Source of the DNA: Octopus sinensis | Lineage: Eukaryota | NCBI RefSeq assembly: GCF_006345805.1 | Contig: NC_043015.1 | Span: 18,910,001 to 18,974,000, forward strand | Direction of reading: 5' to 3' | DNA: 64,000 nucleotides | In this document: positions 40,609-53,170 of the stretch, piece by piece | How the letters are laid out: each line of letters opens with the position of its first letter | Position numbering within the stretch: the stretch's first letter is position 1 | Program-made: the position numbers and the translations under genes | Notes under the pieces: generated by a model | Database searches by the model: none | The model's input: only the letters and a program-made list of their open reading frames with translations | Told to the model about the DNA's origin: nothing

Positions 40609-40645
40609 GGCGTAGGAGTGGCTGTGTGGTAAGTAGCTTGCTTAC
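40609..40645 (+). mobile_element. SINE tRNA-like head, interrupted after ...gtagcttgcttac
   Basis: ggcgtaggagtggctgtgtggtaagtagcttgcttac matches the SINE head at 45566-45530 (minus strand). Confidence 0.85.
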
Positions 40646-41478
40646 TTCCGGTTACCCAGAATTTCTTGAAGGGAAGAAAGCGGGCAACGATAGTTGCCCG
40701 CCGAAGGAACCTAAGGCTTCGGGAGGCGGGGAGAGTCTCCGGACAAAGCGGAAGCGCTCCACTTTCCCGAAGTCAGGAAGAAAAAAAAAGAACGGGTCGT
40801 CTCAGCGGGGAGATGATGTGCCGTCCGCATGTCCCGAAGTTGTGTCACCCACGGTGGAAGAAACAACCCCACCCTTAAAGATGATCAATTAATTATCTTT
40901 TTATATAAGAGCGGGGAGGTGGAAAAAATAGTAGAACAACATAAGGAGACTGTAGATATGCCCTTCACACGGGATCCCGAATGGCCTCCGCAGATAGCTG
41001 TGGAGGTCATAAGGCTTAAAGGATTAAAGGCTGAAAGGATTTGGGGAGGAGTGTCGCATATGGCCGGGTGGCCCTTACACGACTTACATGTCCTACATGA
41101 GTGAGGCATGGGAAATGGCGGAATACAGGAACTCAAGCGGCATTGAATATAATGATGAATATATCGATGGATATATCGAAGAGTAGGGTTTGAAATCTCA
41201 TCTTATTGTATTATTTGTAGTGGTTTATAACTTCAATTGTGTGTTTAAAAAAATGTTAAGTAAGAGGTTTTAGTGCCTCCTTCTTGTAAGAGGTTTGAAA
41301 CCTCATAGTGACTTTTTAAAAAAAGAAAATATGTTTTCGAGAAAAATCCAATCGGCGGGTGTTAGGTTTCATCTCTCATTTATTCATTCTATTTCATTTT
41401 CATTCATTGATGTGTTTGTCCAGCCCGCAAAGCTACACACTCTTTGTACTGTCTATGATGACAATTTTATGAAATAAA
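40646..41478 (+). mobile_element. Putative Tx1/L1-type element 1 (truncated or deleted)
   Basis: Basic, proline-rich ORF1-like stretch; 3' end ttttatgaaataaa shared with element 2; flanked by the target motif. Confidence 0.55.
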
Positions 41479-41491
41479 GTAGTTTGCTTAC

Positions 41492-43623
41492 GGTGAGTCA
41501 AAAGTTTTGTTGCACGTGGATATTTTTTCTATTGTTGAATGTTTATTGTTGAATATTCTCGTGAACTTTGAAAATTTTTGCGCTTTTTCCCGGTGACGGG
41601 AGAAAGTAATTGTTGAAATATTGAATTATTAATATTGAACTTATTAATATTATTAATATTGAACTTGTTAAAGCCGTTGTAGGCTTTATTGTCGTGCCTT
41701 CCCCCGCGGGAGTGGCATTTGAACTGTTATCCTCATTAAGGGGAAAAAATATTATAGGCTTCCTGTTTTTGGGATAAGCAAATTATTGTGGAAAAAATTA
41801 AATTTTAGCCATTGTAGGCTCCATTGTGGCGTCCGCCCGTAGCGCGGGTGAGATTTGAACTGCTGTTCTCGTTGTGAGGAAAAAATATAGGTTTCCCTTT
41901 TTTGGGGGATTCTACATTTCATTATGGTGTGGAAAAATTAATTTCGGACGTTGTAGACTTTGTTGCTACGTCTCGCCCCCAAGCGGGGGTAGAATTGGAA
42001 CTTTGGACAGCTGTAATACAAATTGATTATTTTTGTCCTCTGCAAGAGGAAAACCTTTTCTATAGGTTTCCCAGTTTTGTGGGAATCCAATTTCTCCTAT
42101 ACTTATTTCAACCATGTCGGTTGAAATCATTCGTGAAAAATGTGCTCTTGTAGAGAGCAATGTTGATGTTGGCAATTGCGCCAACACTGAAAAAGTTTTC
42201 GGTGGTTGCCGCAGTAGCAACCGAAAATATTGATATCTCGGCAGATATATTGCGGGGATATTTTAAAAGGATGAAGGAAGATGGGGGTGATGTTGTGAAA
42301 TCACCCTCCTCCACTGTGTTAGAAACAGAGAAACGGACTGTAGTGTATAAAATCGTCTGCCCTTAAGACAGAAGGTTTAAACACTTCGAAAAAAATAATC
42401 GAAAAGTGCCTGTCCCCGATATGGAAGGATATAGTGTATATCTCGAGGGGACATATGGTTATGTTGCGGTCCAATTCTCAAACGAAGAGATGGCCCGTGG
42501 GCATTCCGTGTGTCCCTTGGAGTCCAAAGAAGTAGTACTTCTGCTAACTTATATAGGACGAAGAACGTCCCGTGTAAGAATCAATGAAGTGCCACCTGAA
42601 GTGGACCCGACAGAGCGCTTTACAAGTGGCTTTCCTCCTTTCGACAAAAAGCGGAAAAGGATTCTCTCCAACTTCTTCAGCCACAAATCGGGGCAAGGCA
42701 CCACGGTATGAACATCTGCACCACCTCCGCCCTCCCTAGCAGGGATAACGCCCGTCCAGACCAGGTCTGGGTTAGAGCGGTCACCCTGCCGGCCACCTCA
42801 CTCCAATTTTTCTCTATCTGGAGGTCTGAACCAATCCAGACTCCGAGCAGCTTAACAGGCCACCAGACAGGAAGTCAAGGTTGGTCAACCTGTTCCGGAG
42901 AACGTGCGGGCCGAGGTATCTGGATAATTACCAGAAATCCCTGGCCTGGCAGTGTATTCGTGCGGCGTTACCTGTTCGCGACAAGCTGTCAAGGCATGGA
43001 AGTGCCGTCTCGGCGACATGTCCGCGATGTAAGCGGGATAGTGAAACCGTCTTGCACGCATTCGTAGAGTGCCCGGAGTTATCGGGACTGATTGCTTTTG
43101 CCGAACAACTGTTGTCAGTGAGTGGAAGAGTACAGCTATCAGCGGAGTCTATCATTGAGATTGTGCCACCTCCTTTCCTCAGCAGGGAAAGGAAGGCTTG
43201 TTTTTCCTGCGTAGTAGCCATACTGAAAGAAATAGCATGGAAGATGCGTACGAAAGGTATAGTAACAGGTACCTTTATATCCGGCCAGGCGTTGGTTAAC
43301 TTTTTTAGTTACCACCTCGGTAGTAAGATCAGGCTGGAAAAGAGGTGTCTGTCACGAGATATGTTTGTGAAAAGATGGAAGCCTGTAGCTTGCAAGCTGG
43401 GTATATTTGGCACCAGGTAAGTGTGGCTGAATCAAGAAGTAATGGTTCTACTCAGGTGGCTGGGTTCTATGTAACATTAAATTTGTAAACTTTATATTGT
43501 AAATACTGTGCCCATTATATTGTAAATACTAAAACGTTTTAAGCTACTTCACCCTAAATGTTTGTATGCCCTTGTATGTCCCCTCTATGTAACGCCTTAA
43601 TGGTGAATTTTCATGAAATAAAA
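41492..43623 (+). mobile_element. Tx1/L1-clade LINE element 2 with internal deletion
   Basis: 5' UTR tandem monomers, ORF1-like fragments 42160-42600, ORF2 C-terminus YQKSLAWQCIRAALPV..CPRC..ETVLHAFVECP, 3' end ttcatgaaataaaa. Confidence 0.85.
41672..42090 (+). repeat. Three tandem monomers of about 135-140 bp in the LINE 5' UTR
   Basis: Units start at 41672, 41807 and 41946 (ttgtagRct..gaact..gRRRaaa..tatagg). Confidence 0.75.
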
Positions 43624-43928
43624 TAGCCTGCTTACAGGTTGCTTCTGCGCATGTGCAAGTCAGTGTTGTGTTTGACACCGAAGATGTAAGACGTGGTTTT
43701 GAAAGCCGTCTTAAATTGAAGACTTTTGGTAAGAAATTCTAATGCCAAATATGCCGAAAAATTGGACATATTGTCCATTAACCATATAATTTTTTCACAA
43801 TTAGAAATTTTTTCCTTTGCCCTCATTTATGAATTGTTTATAAATTTAACCTTTTAAGGTATTTTTTAATATGCTGGCCATTGATAAAATTTTTTTCGAA
43901 AAAATATTTTTTTCGAGAGAAATTTTAT

Positions 43929-44028
43929 NNNNNNNNNNNNNNNNNNNNNNNNNNNNNNNNNNNNNNNNNNNNNNNNNNNNNNNNNNNNNNNNNNNNNNNN
44001 NNNNNNNNNNNNNNNNNNNNNNNNNNNN
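43929..44028. other. Assembly gap (100 N)
   Basis: N run. Confidence 1.
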
Positions 44029-44477
44029 TTTCCTATTTATTATTCTACCTTTACGGTGCTTTATTTCGCTGGAAAATAACGCTATTGTATTGAAAATAAT
44101 ACTTCTGTATTGTAATAATATTTATAATTTTTATATAAAACTCTTTCATTGATCTCGGTTCTGTTTATAGCTGGTGCTATTGGCCGAGTATATAGGCATT
44201 GATGTTGCGGATATTTTAAATTTATTCATCCGGTAGACCTAGTCATTGAAGACCAATCAGTATTACGATAACAAAGGTATTCTGAAAAGTCCGAAACTCA
44301 AGTACTAGCTTGTCCATTTCTCTGGCGTTCTTCCTAGAAGTAAGATGCAATTTTTTTTATGTTCGCCGCCTGCACACATCTTTGCCTCTATATATTCAGT
44401 AAAGCTTTACCTAGCGCATCGGACGGTTACAGACTGCTATTTCTAGCACAAATTGCTACCTTGTTGTGCCACTATTT

Positions 44478-44513
<36 letters not shown>

Positions 44514-44519
<6 letters not shown>

Positions 44520-45131
44520 AAAAATTTAAAGGACTGACCACTAAAAGTGGACGGTCAACATGCTAGATATAGACGTCAAAATCGCTATTTTCCACGAAGA
44601 ATGTGTTGTCAAATAAAACTCAGCACAAACCAAAGCGTAAAAATAAGCAAGACAAATGAAAATATACGAAATAATAACGATTACCTATGTACCGATCAGT
44701 TTCGCTTGTTAATATCCACGCATATGGATACGTGGAAATCTGCAAGCTCCGGTCAAGCGTTTTTGCATCTAGTCCTGGAAATTGTATTTGTATACGACAG
44801 ACTATGCTGATGAGCTTGCAAATTTCCACGTATCCATATGCGTGGATATTAACAAGCGAAACTGATCGGTACATAGGTAATTGTTATTATTTCGTATATT
44901 TTCATTTGTCTTGCTTATTTTTACGCTTTGGTTTGTGCTGAGTTTTATTTGACAACACATTCGTCGTGGAAAATAACGATTTTGGCGTCTATATCTAGCA
45001 TGTTGACCGTCCACTTTTAGTGGTCAGTCCGTTAAATTTTGTATGTAAAGATATTTTAATCTTCGGATTTTTTTAATATGCTAGGCCACTGGTTTTAATT
45101 GATTAATATCAATTTTTACCCTTATTCAATT
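44514..45131 (+). mobile_element. Penelope-like pseudo-LTR with about 235 bp fold-back, in (TA)n
   Basis: Arms 44514-44748 / 44812-45047, hammerhead at 44802-44876, (TA)n on both sides. Confidence 0.8.
44802..44876 (+). ncRNA. Type I hammerhead ribozyme
   Basis: ctatg-CTGATGA-gcttg...caagc-GAAA-ctgatcgg-TA-catag; all stems pair, canonical core. Confidence 0.88.
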
Positions 45132-45160
45132 ATATATATATATATATATATATACTCTCT

Positions 45161-45566
45161 CTCTTTTACTCTTTTACTTGTATCAGTCATTTGACTGCGG
45201 CCATGCTGGAGTACCGCCTTTAGTCGAGCAAATCGACCCCGGGACTTATTCTTTGTAAGCCCAGTACTTATTCTATCGGTCTCTTTTGCCGAACCGCTTG
45301 GTGGCGGGACGTAAACACACCAGCATCGGTTGTCAAGCAATGCTAGGGGGACAAACACAGGCACACAAAAATATACACACACACTTATTATATAACATAT
45401 ATATGACAGGCTTCTTTCAGTATCCGTCTACCAAATCCACTCACAAGGCATTGGTCGGCCCGGGGCTATAGCAGAAGACACTTGTGCCCAAGATGCCACG
45501 CAGTGGACTGAACCCGGACCATGTGGTTGGTTAGCAAGCTACTTACCACACAGCCACTCCTGCGCC
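45161..45566 (-). mobile_element. Full-length tRNA-head SINE
   Basis: A and B boxes (tggctgtgtggt; gggttcagtcc), core region and aaacaagtaaaaga-type tail. Confidence 0.9.
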
Positions 45567-45581
45567 TATATATATATATAC

Positions 45582-45612
<31 letters not shown>

Positions 45613-45618
45613 TAATAT

Positions 45619-45649
<31 letters not shown>

Positions 45650-45872
45650 GTATGTATTATATAGTATGTATATATATATTGTATGTATATATATATATGT
45701 GTGTGTATATATATATGTATGTATATATATATGCTGTATATATATGTATGTATATATATATGGTGTGTATATATATATGTATGTATATATATATGTATGT
45801 ATATATATATGTATATATATATATGTATGTATATATATATATATATATACATACATATATATATATATATAT
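45567..45872. repeat. Degenerate (TA)n/(TATG) tract
   Basis: Visible. Confidence 0.95.
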
Positions 45873-46264
45873 AAACATTATAAATTCGTTCTTCACTCGT
45901 TTAATATTGTTCTTATTTTCTTATTTTATCTTATGTCCATTGTGTAAAAATCCCTCATCACACATCTGTGATCTTTTCAGCGACTCCTCTTCCATCCCAC
46001 ATGTTTCCTCCTGTTCTGGATCATTCATATATTATGTACATTGAGTTTCATGCAGATAAGGAATTAATTGGTTTAAACAAGACTTGCAAACAAGGATCAT
46101 AACAGTAATTTTAAATAGTCACAAATCTGTAAAAGACACTGCATCAAATATATAGAGATTGATAGTAACAGGTCAGGCAGAAGCATAAACACACACTTAC
46201 ACACATACATATATAACTGTGTGTATGTGTGTGCATGCGCGTGTATGTATATATATATATGTAT

Positions 46265-46296
<32 letters not shown>

Positions 46297-46344
46297 GTAT
46301 GATGTATGTACATATATTTTATTTACGTATATGATCAAAAATAC

Positions 46345-47988
46345 GAGAATTTATTAATCATGACAACTGTTTCGACACATCTAGCATCGATCCCTCATGG
46401 GAGGGACACTCAACAACTGGTTCAGGAGTCTCTATCTGGCGGTGCAGAAGTATCTCATCGGGTGATAAATACGAGGGACGTTCAATAAGTAATGCCTCTG
46501 ACCCACTTGCAGTTGTTTGATCTAGCTGAAATTGTGCATGTGTAATCATTTATATCTCTATAGAGTAAGTGGCAAATTACAGCTCTGAATTAATTGTGGT
46601 TTCTGATTTACAGGTGTTTCAACCGAGTCAAGTGTGAAATGGAGCCTGTTACTTATGGTGATGATGCCCCATCATATGACCTTGTAAAACGCTGGCATCG
46701 TGAATTCAAACATGGTCGGAACTCTGTGGAAACAGCTCCCAGATCTGGTCGCCCCCTTCTGCCATTGAGGAGGCATCTGTCCGTCAAGTTGAGGCTGCCA
46801 TTTTGGAAGATCGACGCATAATTATTCGCCAAATAGCCCATCAGGTCAAGATTAGTACCGGGTCTGTGGAAACTATCATTCATGACCATTTGCATATGCA
46901 AAAGGTGTCTGCCAGATGGATTCCGAGGTTGCTCACGCCTTTCCAGAAGCAAGAACGCGTCGAGTGCTCGAGGGTGAATTTGGAGATGTGCCAATAAGAT
47001 GAGTCAAAATTTTTCAAAAGACTGATTACACAGGATGAAACCTGGGTCCATCACGATGATCCAGAGATCAAAAGCCAGTCAATGCAGTGGAAGCACCGTG
47101 ATTCACCCCCTCCAAAGAAGGCAAGGGTGCAGCCCTCCGCTGGCAAGGTCATGCTCACAGTCTTCTGGGACCAGGACGGAGTAGTGATGACAGATTTCCT
47201 GGCAAAGGGTACCACAATTGCAGGAGCCTATTATGCTTCACTTTTGAGGAAATTAAGAGAAGTTATCAAAATCAAGAGGCGGGGCAAGATCAGCAAAGGC
47301 ATCCTCCTCCTGCAGGACAACGCTCCGGTCCACAACTCGCTTGTCGCCAGATCAGAAGCACAGGCGTATGGTTATGAACTCCTCCCCATCCCCCCTACTT
47401 TCCGACCTTGCACCCTCTGATTTTCACCACTTCCCAGGCATGAAGTTGTTTTTGAAAGGAAAGCGTTTCCAGATGATGCAGCCTTGATTCTGAAGTCACG
47501 TTGAGGTTGGAGGACCAAGCTGGGTTCTCTACAAAAACGGTCTCCAGAGCAGCGCATCAAACAATGGGAGAAATGCGTAACTCTGGGTGGTTGCTATGTA
47601 GAAAAAGACTAAAACTATGCCAAGTTTCGTTGCTCTACTGCTATGGGAAGTGGGTCAGGGGCATTACTTATTCAACGCCCCTCGTAGATACAACTCGTTA
47701 ATACTTTTCTCGTTGAATTGCTTGTTCGTTTCTCTTTTTTTTTTCCATCTGTGATTTTTATCTTTGATCTTCTATATAAATGAAGATATTTTCTGCGTCT
47801 GGCTGTTTTTCTTTCTACAAAACGAGAAGTTACATTGCAGAATTGTTATTTTAACGAGTTGTATTTATTTACCACCCGACGAGACACATCTGCACCGCCA
47901 GATACTCCTGAACCAGTTGATGAATGTCCCATCCATGAGGGATCGATCGTAGATATGTCGAAACAATTATCTTGATTAATAAATTCTC
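46345..47988. repeat. Fold-back inverted repeat with hammerhead-like motif; left arm split by mariner copy 3
   Basis: 46345-46471 plus 47687-47701 is the reverse complement of 47851-47988. Confidence 0.8.
46472..47684 (+). mobile_element. Mariner copy 3, defective
   Basis: TIRs and TA duplication; same sequence family as copies 1 and 2. Confidence 0.95.
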
Positions 47989-48411
47989 ATACATTCCATC
48001 TTCCGTCTTTCATTTGCCATATACATAACGATCACTCTGGAAGTGACCGTGCTTTACCAGTAAGCTACCAAGTGTAAACCATTCTCTTTATTATCCAATA
48101 TTTTATATGTGTATATATGTTATATATATGTTTTATATACATGTATATATAATTTTCCAAAATTCCAATTTTAGGTAAACAAAATATATTCAATCGGAAA
48201 TAAATAAGTAGAATAGAATAACAACACAAATCTCTTTACTACTCAATGTACACATTGTTTGAATTCTAACAAAAGGGAAAGCATTTACTTCAAGAAATGT
48301 GTAGAAACATAAAAATTATAAGAAGTACGTTTAAATGACTAGCCTTCGACGACATAATTCTGTTCAACGGCTGGAGAAAGTTCAAAAGGTCAACTTATTC
48401 TCATTAATCTG

Positions 48412-48845
48412 TAAGTCCTGAGAGAAGACTTTAAATTTAAATTTCAAAATACTGATTTTTCTGCGACTAAAAATTCTTCAAGGCTGCAGTGAGTGAAACA
48501 AGTAAAAAGATTTTTAGAAAATAAAAAAAAAAACGAAGAATGACCAAAAAATATAACCGAGTGGGTTGTAAAAACATTTCAAGAGATTTGGCTGATATTT
48601 CTAGCATTTGGAGAGACCTTCTAGACTTAACTTCAGCGCTGGTTGAAAATCATTAAAAATAATCTGGGGTCGATACATTCGACTAAAAATTCCTCAAGGT
48701 GGTGCCCCAGGATGGCCGCAGTATAATAACTGCAACAAGTAAAAATAAAGATATTCTGGCATCGATACATTCGACTAAAAATTCCTCAAGGTGGTGCCCC
48801 AGCATAGCCGCAATCTAATAACTGCAACAAGTAAAATGTGAAAAG
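48412..48845 (+). mobile_element. Three SINE-tail fragments, two as a tandem duplication
   Basis: tcgatacattcgactaaaaattcctcaaggtggtgccccag occurs twice (about 48670 and 48762). Confidence 0.75.
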
Positions 48846-49152
48846 AATGACGAAAAAATAACTGAAAAATGAAACCGTGGGGCTTTTGTCCGAGGGGCTT
48901 TCGTCCACTTTCACACTTTAACTACGAGACTTATGTCCATGTAGCTTTTACCCTACACTCCCGCTTACTTATTCACCCACTAGCTTATTTAGCTGACACC
49001 GCCAAACTGAACAATATTGTCGGAAGTTTTTGAAATAGTGATGACATTTGGTCGATGACTGATGAGTGTTAGAGTATATCCGTGCGTATTGTGTTGTTAT
49101 CTTTCCTGTTTTTCTGTATGCTCCTTTGTCGCCTCCCTGTCAGATTTTTATT

Positions 49153-49193
<41 letters not shown>

Positions 49194-49762
49194 GTGATTT
49201 TTAGTAACCGCATGTCTGTATTCTCTGAATCAAATGTTCTATGTAAATAATGCCGTAAAATGGGGTTTTATTCATTTTCTCTCGGAATTGTTTATATTTA
49301 AACTTCAGGTGGATAATTCCCGCTTATCTTTTATCTTTTACTTGTTTCATTCGTTATCCTGGGGCGATACTGGGATACCTCCGATGAAATTTACTGATGA
49401 TTTTAAATTTATGACGTATTGTATGATTAAATATCATGTAGAAGTATATGGAAACATCTCCTTATTTTCTACAGTATGTTGTAATGGCGATATCTTAGTT
49501 TGTGTTTTTATTGCATTGTGCTTTTATTCATGGGATTATTGTGAGTTTCAGCTTTGTTTATGTCTGAACTTAAATTTTTGAATTGTATTGTTCACAAAAC
49601 CAGAACTAAAAAATAAATTGCCGATTTTCTTCCAGAATTAGCCAAAAAACATTTTATCATTAATTAAAATCTTAGGGTAGCAAGAATATTCATCGAAAAA
49701 TTCTTAGTTACCAGTGGTCTAGCGAGAAAGAAAAAATTAGTCAGTAGACTATATATTATTCA

Positions 49763-49998
49763 AAGAATACAGTGTACGTTCAAATACAAAAAGAGATACC
49801 CGAAAAATAGGATATCTGACTCGCTAGAAAGAGCAGTTGAAGCTACAAGCCACCAATTGTTGTAATTCTGAAAGTGATTGCAAAATAAAACTTTTTTACA
49901 ACAATTGGTGGCTTGGAGTTTTAACTGCTCTTTCTAGCGAGTCAGATATCCTATTTTTCGGGTATTTCTTTTTGTGTTTGAACGTACACTGTATTCTT
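49763..49998. repeat. About 103 bp fold-back inverted repeat next to TA-rich flanks
   Basis: 49763-49865 vs 49896-49998. Confidence 0.9.
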
Positions 49999-52320
49999 CT
50001 TTATATATATATTATCATTATAATGTGACATTTTAAAAATGGTAGTGAGCTACAACGTACCGACGTGATTATATATGTTCTATATCCGTTAAATTGCACA
50101 TCATTTCGCTGCATCATACGACCTTGTGAAAACAAGTACGACCTTCACTAAACTCTCACTGCAATTGGTGGCACCGAGCTAAAAGATCTACAGTTCCAAA
50201 AGCTGTTGCCTCGTATGCTTCCCGATATTCTGATACACGATTGTCTCTACTTCACTAGAAAATTAGACAAAGTTTTGTTTCGCGGTTAAATTTTCCATTT
50301 CGTCGCTACATTCTGGTGACTCGAGCTCAAGAATTACATGCTCATCATATGGAAGACAAGAATAACAACTTTCACTACACAGTTTTCGTTTCGACTGTCA
50401 CAACACGAAGGAAAAGAACTCGCCGACACAATGGAAACCCACCATGCACTTTCGACCTGCCACACAATGCACTCCATTACACTGCACAGAGCCACGAAAG
50501 TAACATCTACAATAAAATAAAAACGCAACATTTCGACTGTCATCCGACCAAAAGCTATATGGATGAAAATATGGAAGCCCCCACATGCAGTGTTCTCCAC
50601 AGTCACAGATTGTTCGAACGCAATCCTGCGTTTAACCTGCATGTCACATGAACACTTGTACATAGACTCAAACTTTCTTTGCATGCACATATTTTTGCAT
50701 TTCAAATGCTTACTTATTTCCTTCTTTTTTGTAGCACTACACACTTTCATTTGTTCTTGAATGTTCTATATTTGTATAACATATTTTTTCTCGTTGGCCA
50801 CTGGAATTTCACATTTTTGCACACGTTTTATAATTCTTTCAACTGTTTTTTCTCGATACATATTTTCTTTTTGAATGCCTGCAACTTCTTTCTTACTTCG
50901 CACGCTGACCCATTTGTGCACTGTTCCGTACTTTGTTGGTAAAACAATATAAAAAATTTCCCTCAACGTTCATACACAAACCTGCAAGTCTGTACCCACT
51001 TACACACACGTACCAAAAGATAGTGCCTTTAGAGTAGTTTTCTCATGTTTGTACCCTCTCGGCTCTTTTTCGCGACTCTGCGTACGTTGGATGTCAGCTC
51101 ATGCTCTCTGCACCCTTGTCAGACACAACCTGCTTCTGTTCATCCCCAGGTTGGTCACGAAGTTAATGAAGAAAATTGTCTGTTCTGCACAACGCGCCAG
51201 TATGCCAAACTGTCGTCGTTCTGGCTAATCTTAGCAAATGCCCATGATGACAACACCAGACACATTTCGCTTCTACACTCCTTTCAAGGCATTTTCACAC
51301 AAAATTCATTGCTGCATGAAAATTTTTGTTGGTATCATGAATTGAGAATGCATACACTCACTCGACTCATTTTATTCCACAGCTGCAGGACTTTCTCTCG
51401 CACTCATGTATACGCCCTTGCACGCTCACTCACTGCCTCAGTTACACAACGACTGGCATATTCAGCACTCATGCGCATGTTCGTTCACTCTGCCTCAGTC
51501 GCACAGCAACTGGCATATTCTGCATTCTGCGCATAAAAAGCGGCACCGTTTTTCGGACTCACTCGAATAGAGACCCTTTCCTGTATGCATTCTCTGGATC
51601 CTCTCTCCTGATATTCACAATTTTTCTCAACCTTGCATCACAGTCACCAACAACAAAATACCTTTCACAATTGAATATTATCTTCACCTTGTCCTAAAAT
51701 GCATTTTTGCATGCATGCATTCTTTTCCCTAGATCGTTCGTTTGTTTTTCTAGGAATTCTCAAGCAGGGGAATAGTGTAGGGACCTCGCTTGGCCCTGTC
51801 TGAGATTTGAAACCAAATTCACTCGCTTGTTGTTTATCAAAACAAGCAGAAAAATCCTTTGTTTGTATCCCCACACCAAATGATTGATGGGGAAACACTT
51901 GACCCCAAGGACCTGTGCTGGTCAAGGAAAGGTCAGCCCTTTGTTTAGGGTTTGACCTACATTACTGACCATAGTCTATATATCAGAGAGCACTTTCTAT
52001 CTCTTCCTCTTTTGTGTCTGCCAGACCAAGGAGCAGTAGCCTCTTTTGTGTCAACCACGGCCAAGTGCAGCACTTCCCTTCGCCCTTTGCTTGACATACA
52101 AAGTGAAGCTTTCGGCCGCAAGAAAGACGAAGCCACATTTATCCTTTCTTCCTTTCTAATCAGCAATGTACAGTCCTTACTCTTTCCCTCTCTACTGGCA
52201 GGTGCCAACTTCTACACTATCAACTACTACCCGGCGAGCCAACCTTTTTGACACTATCACTACAATTACTACTGTCTCTCTAACTACCTATTAGGCAAAA
52301 GAATAAATATATGTAAATAA

Positions 52321-53170
52321 CTAGCTGGGGTGCCCGGTGATACACGGGAGCGGGGATATTCCAAGTACCCATTACTATGGCTGATTTCTCTGACATAGAA
52401 AATGAAATCAAGACATAGGGCAGATAATAGAAGACGTAAGCAAATTCATTCACGAAATATTATTACAAATAGATACATGTTGACAATCGTTTGGTCAGAT
52501 GAGGGGAAAGCTGCAAATATATAATCAACGGAAACATCAAGAAAGGAATTGTAAAGGAGTACTATGAAAAAAAAAGAACACAAAAGTTTGAAAAGTAAAC
52601 AAAAAATTATTTAGAATTAGAGAAAAGGCACTTAATTTGACTACTGCGTTTCATGGGTATAGTTCCACTGACCGTGAGAATCAAATATCGATTGCAACGA
52701 TTAGAACCAACAATTTTAAGTGCAGGTGTTAAGAAAATACATGTTACAGCAACCTGAGAATGCTGAAATAATTGACGAACATTTTAACTCCACAAGGATT
52801 TAGGCCAAATTTCGCTAATTAGTTAATCAAAAATCATCGCACACTTTGCTTGAGTGGCGTAGGTAAAAATTTATTTGTCTCAACCCATCCGTAGCGCATA
52901 TTTCATCTGTGTATAAAATTCCAAGAAAATTGGTTGCAAACTTTAAAAGTTATGACAGAAAATAACATTCATATGAGAATTTGCATTGAAATGTCCAACT
53001 GATTTTTGAAAACTTGATGCTGTTTAAAAATTAATTTTTTTTTTGAAATTCCAAGCGCGTAAGTGACCGCATGGGCATAAGCTCTACACATGTGTCAAGT
53101 TTCATCAAGATCGGTTGGATAGTATCGGAGGAGTTAAAGTAACAAATTCACAAACACACACACACACACA
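52321..53170 (-). mobile_element. Non-autonomous Helitron-like element
   Basis: Minus-strand 3' end with hairpin (cccggtgatacacggg) then CTAG|T at 52324-52321; agtttcatcaagatcgg and (AC)n block near the other end. Confidence 0.55.
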
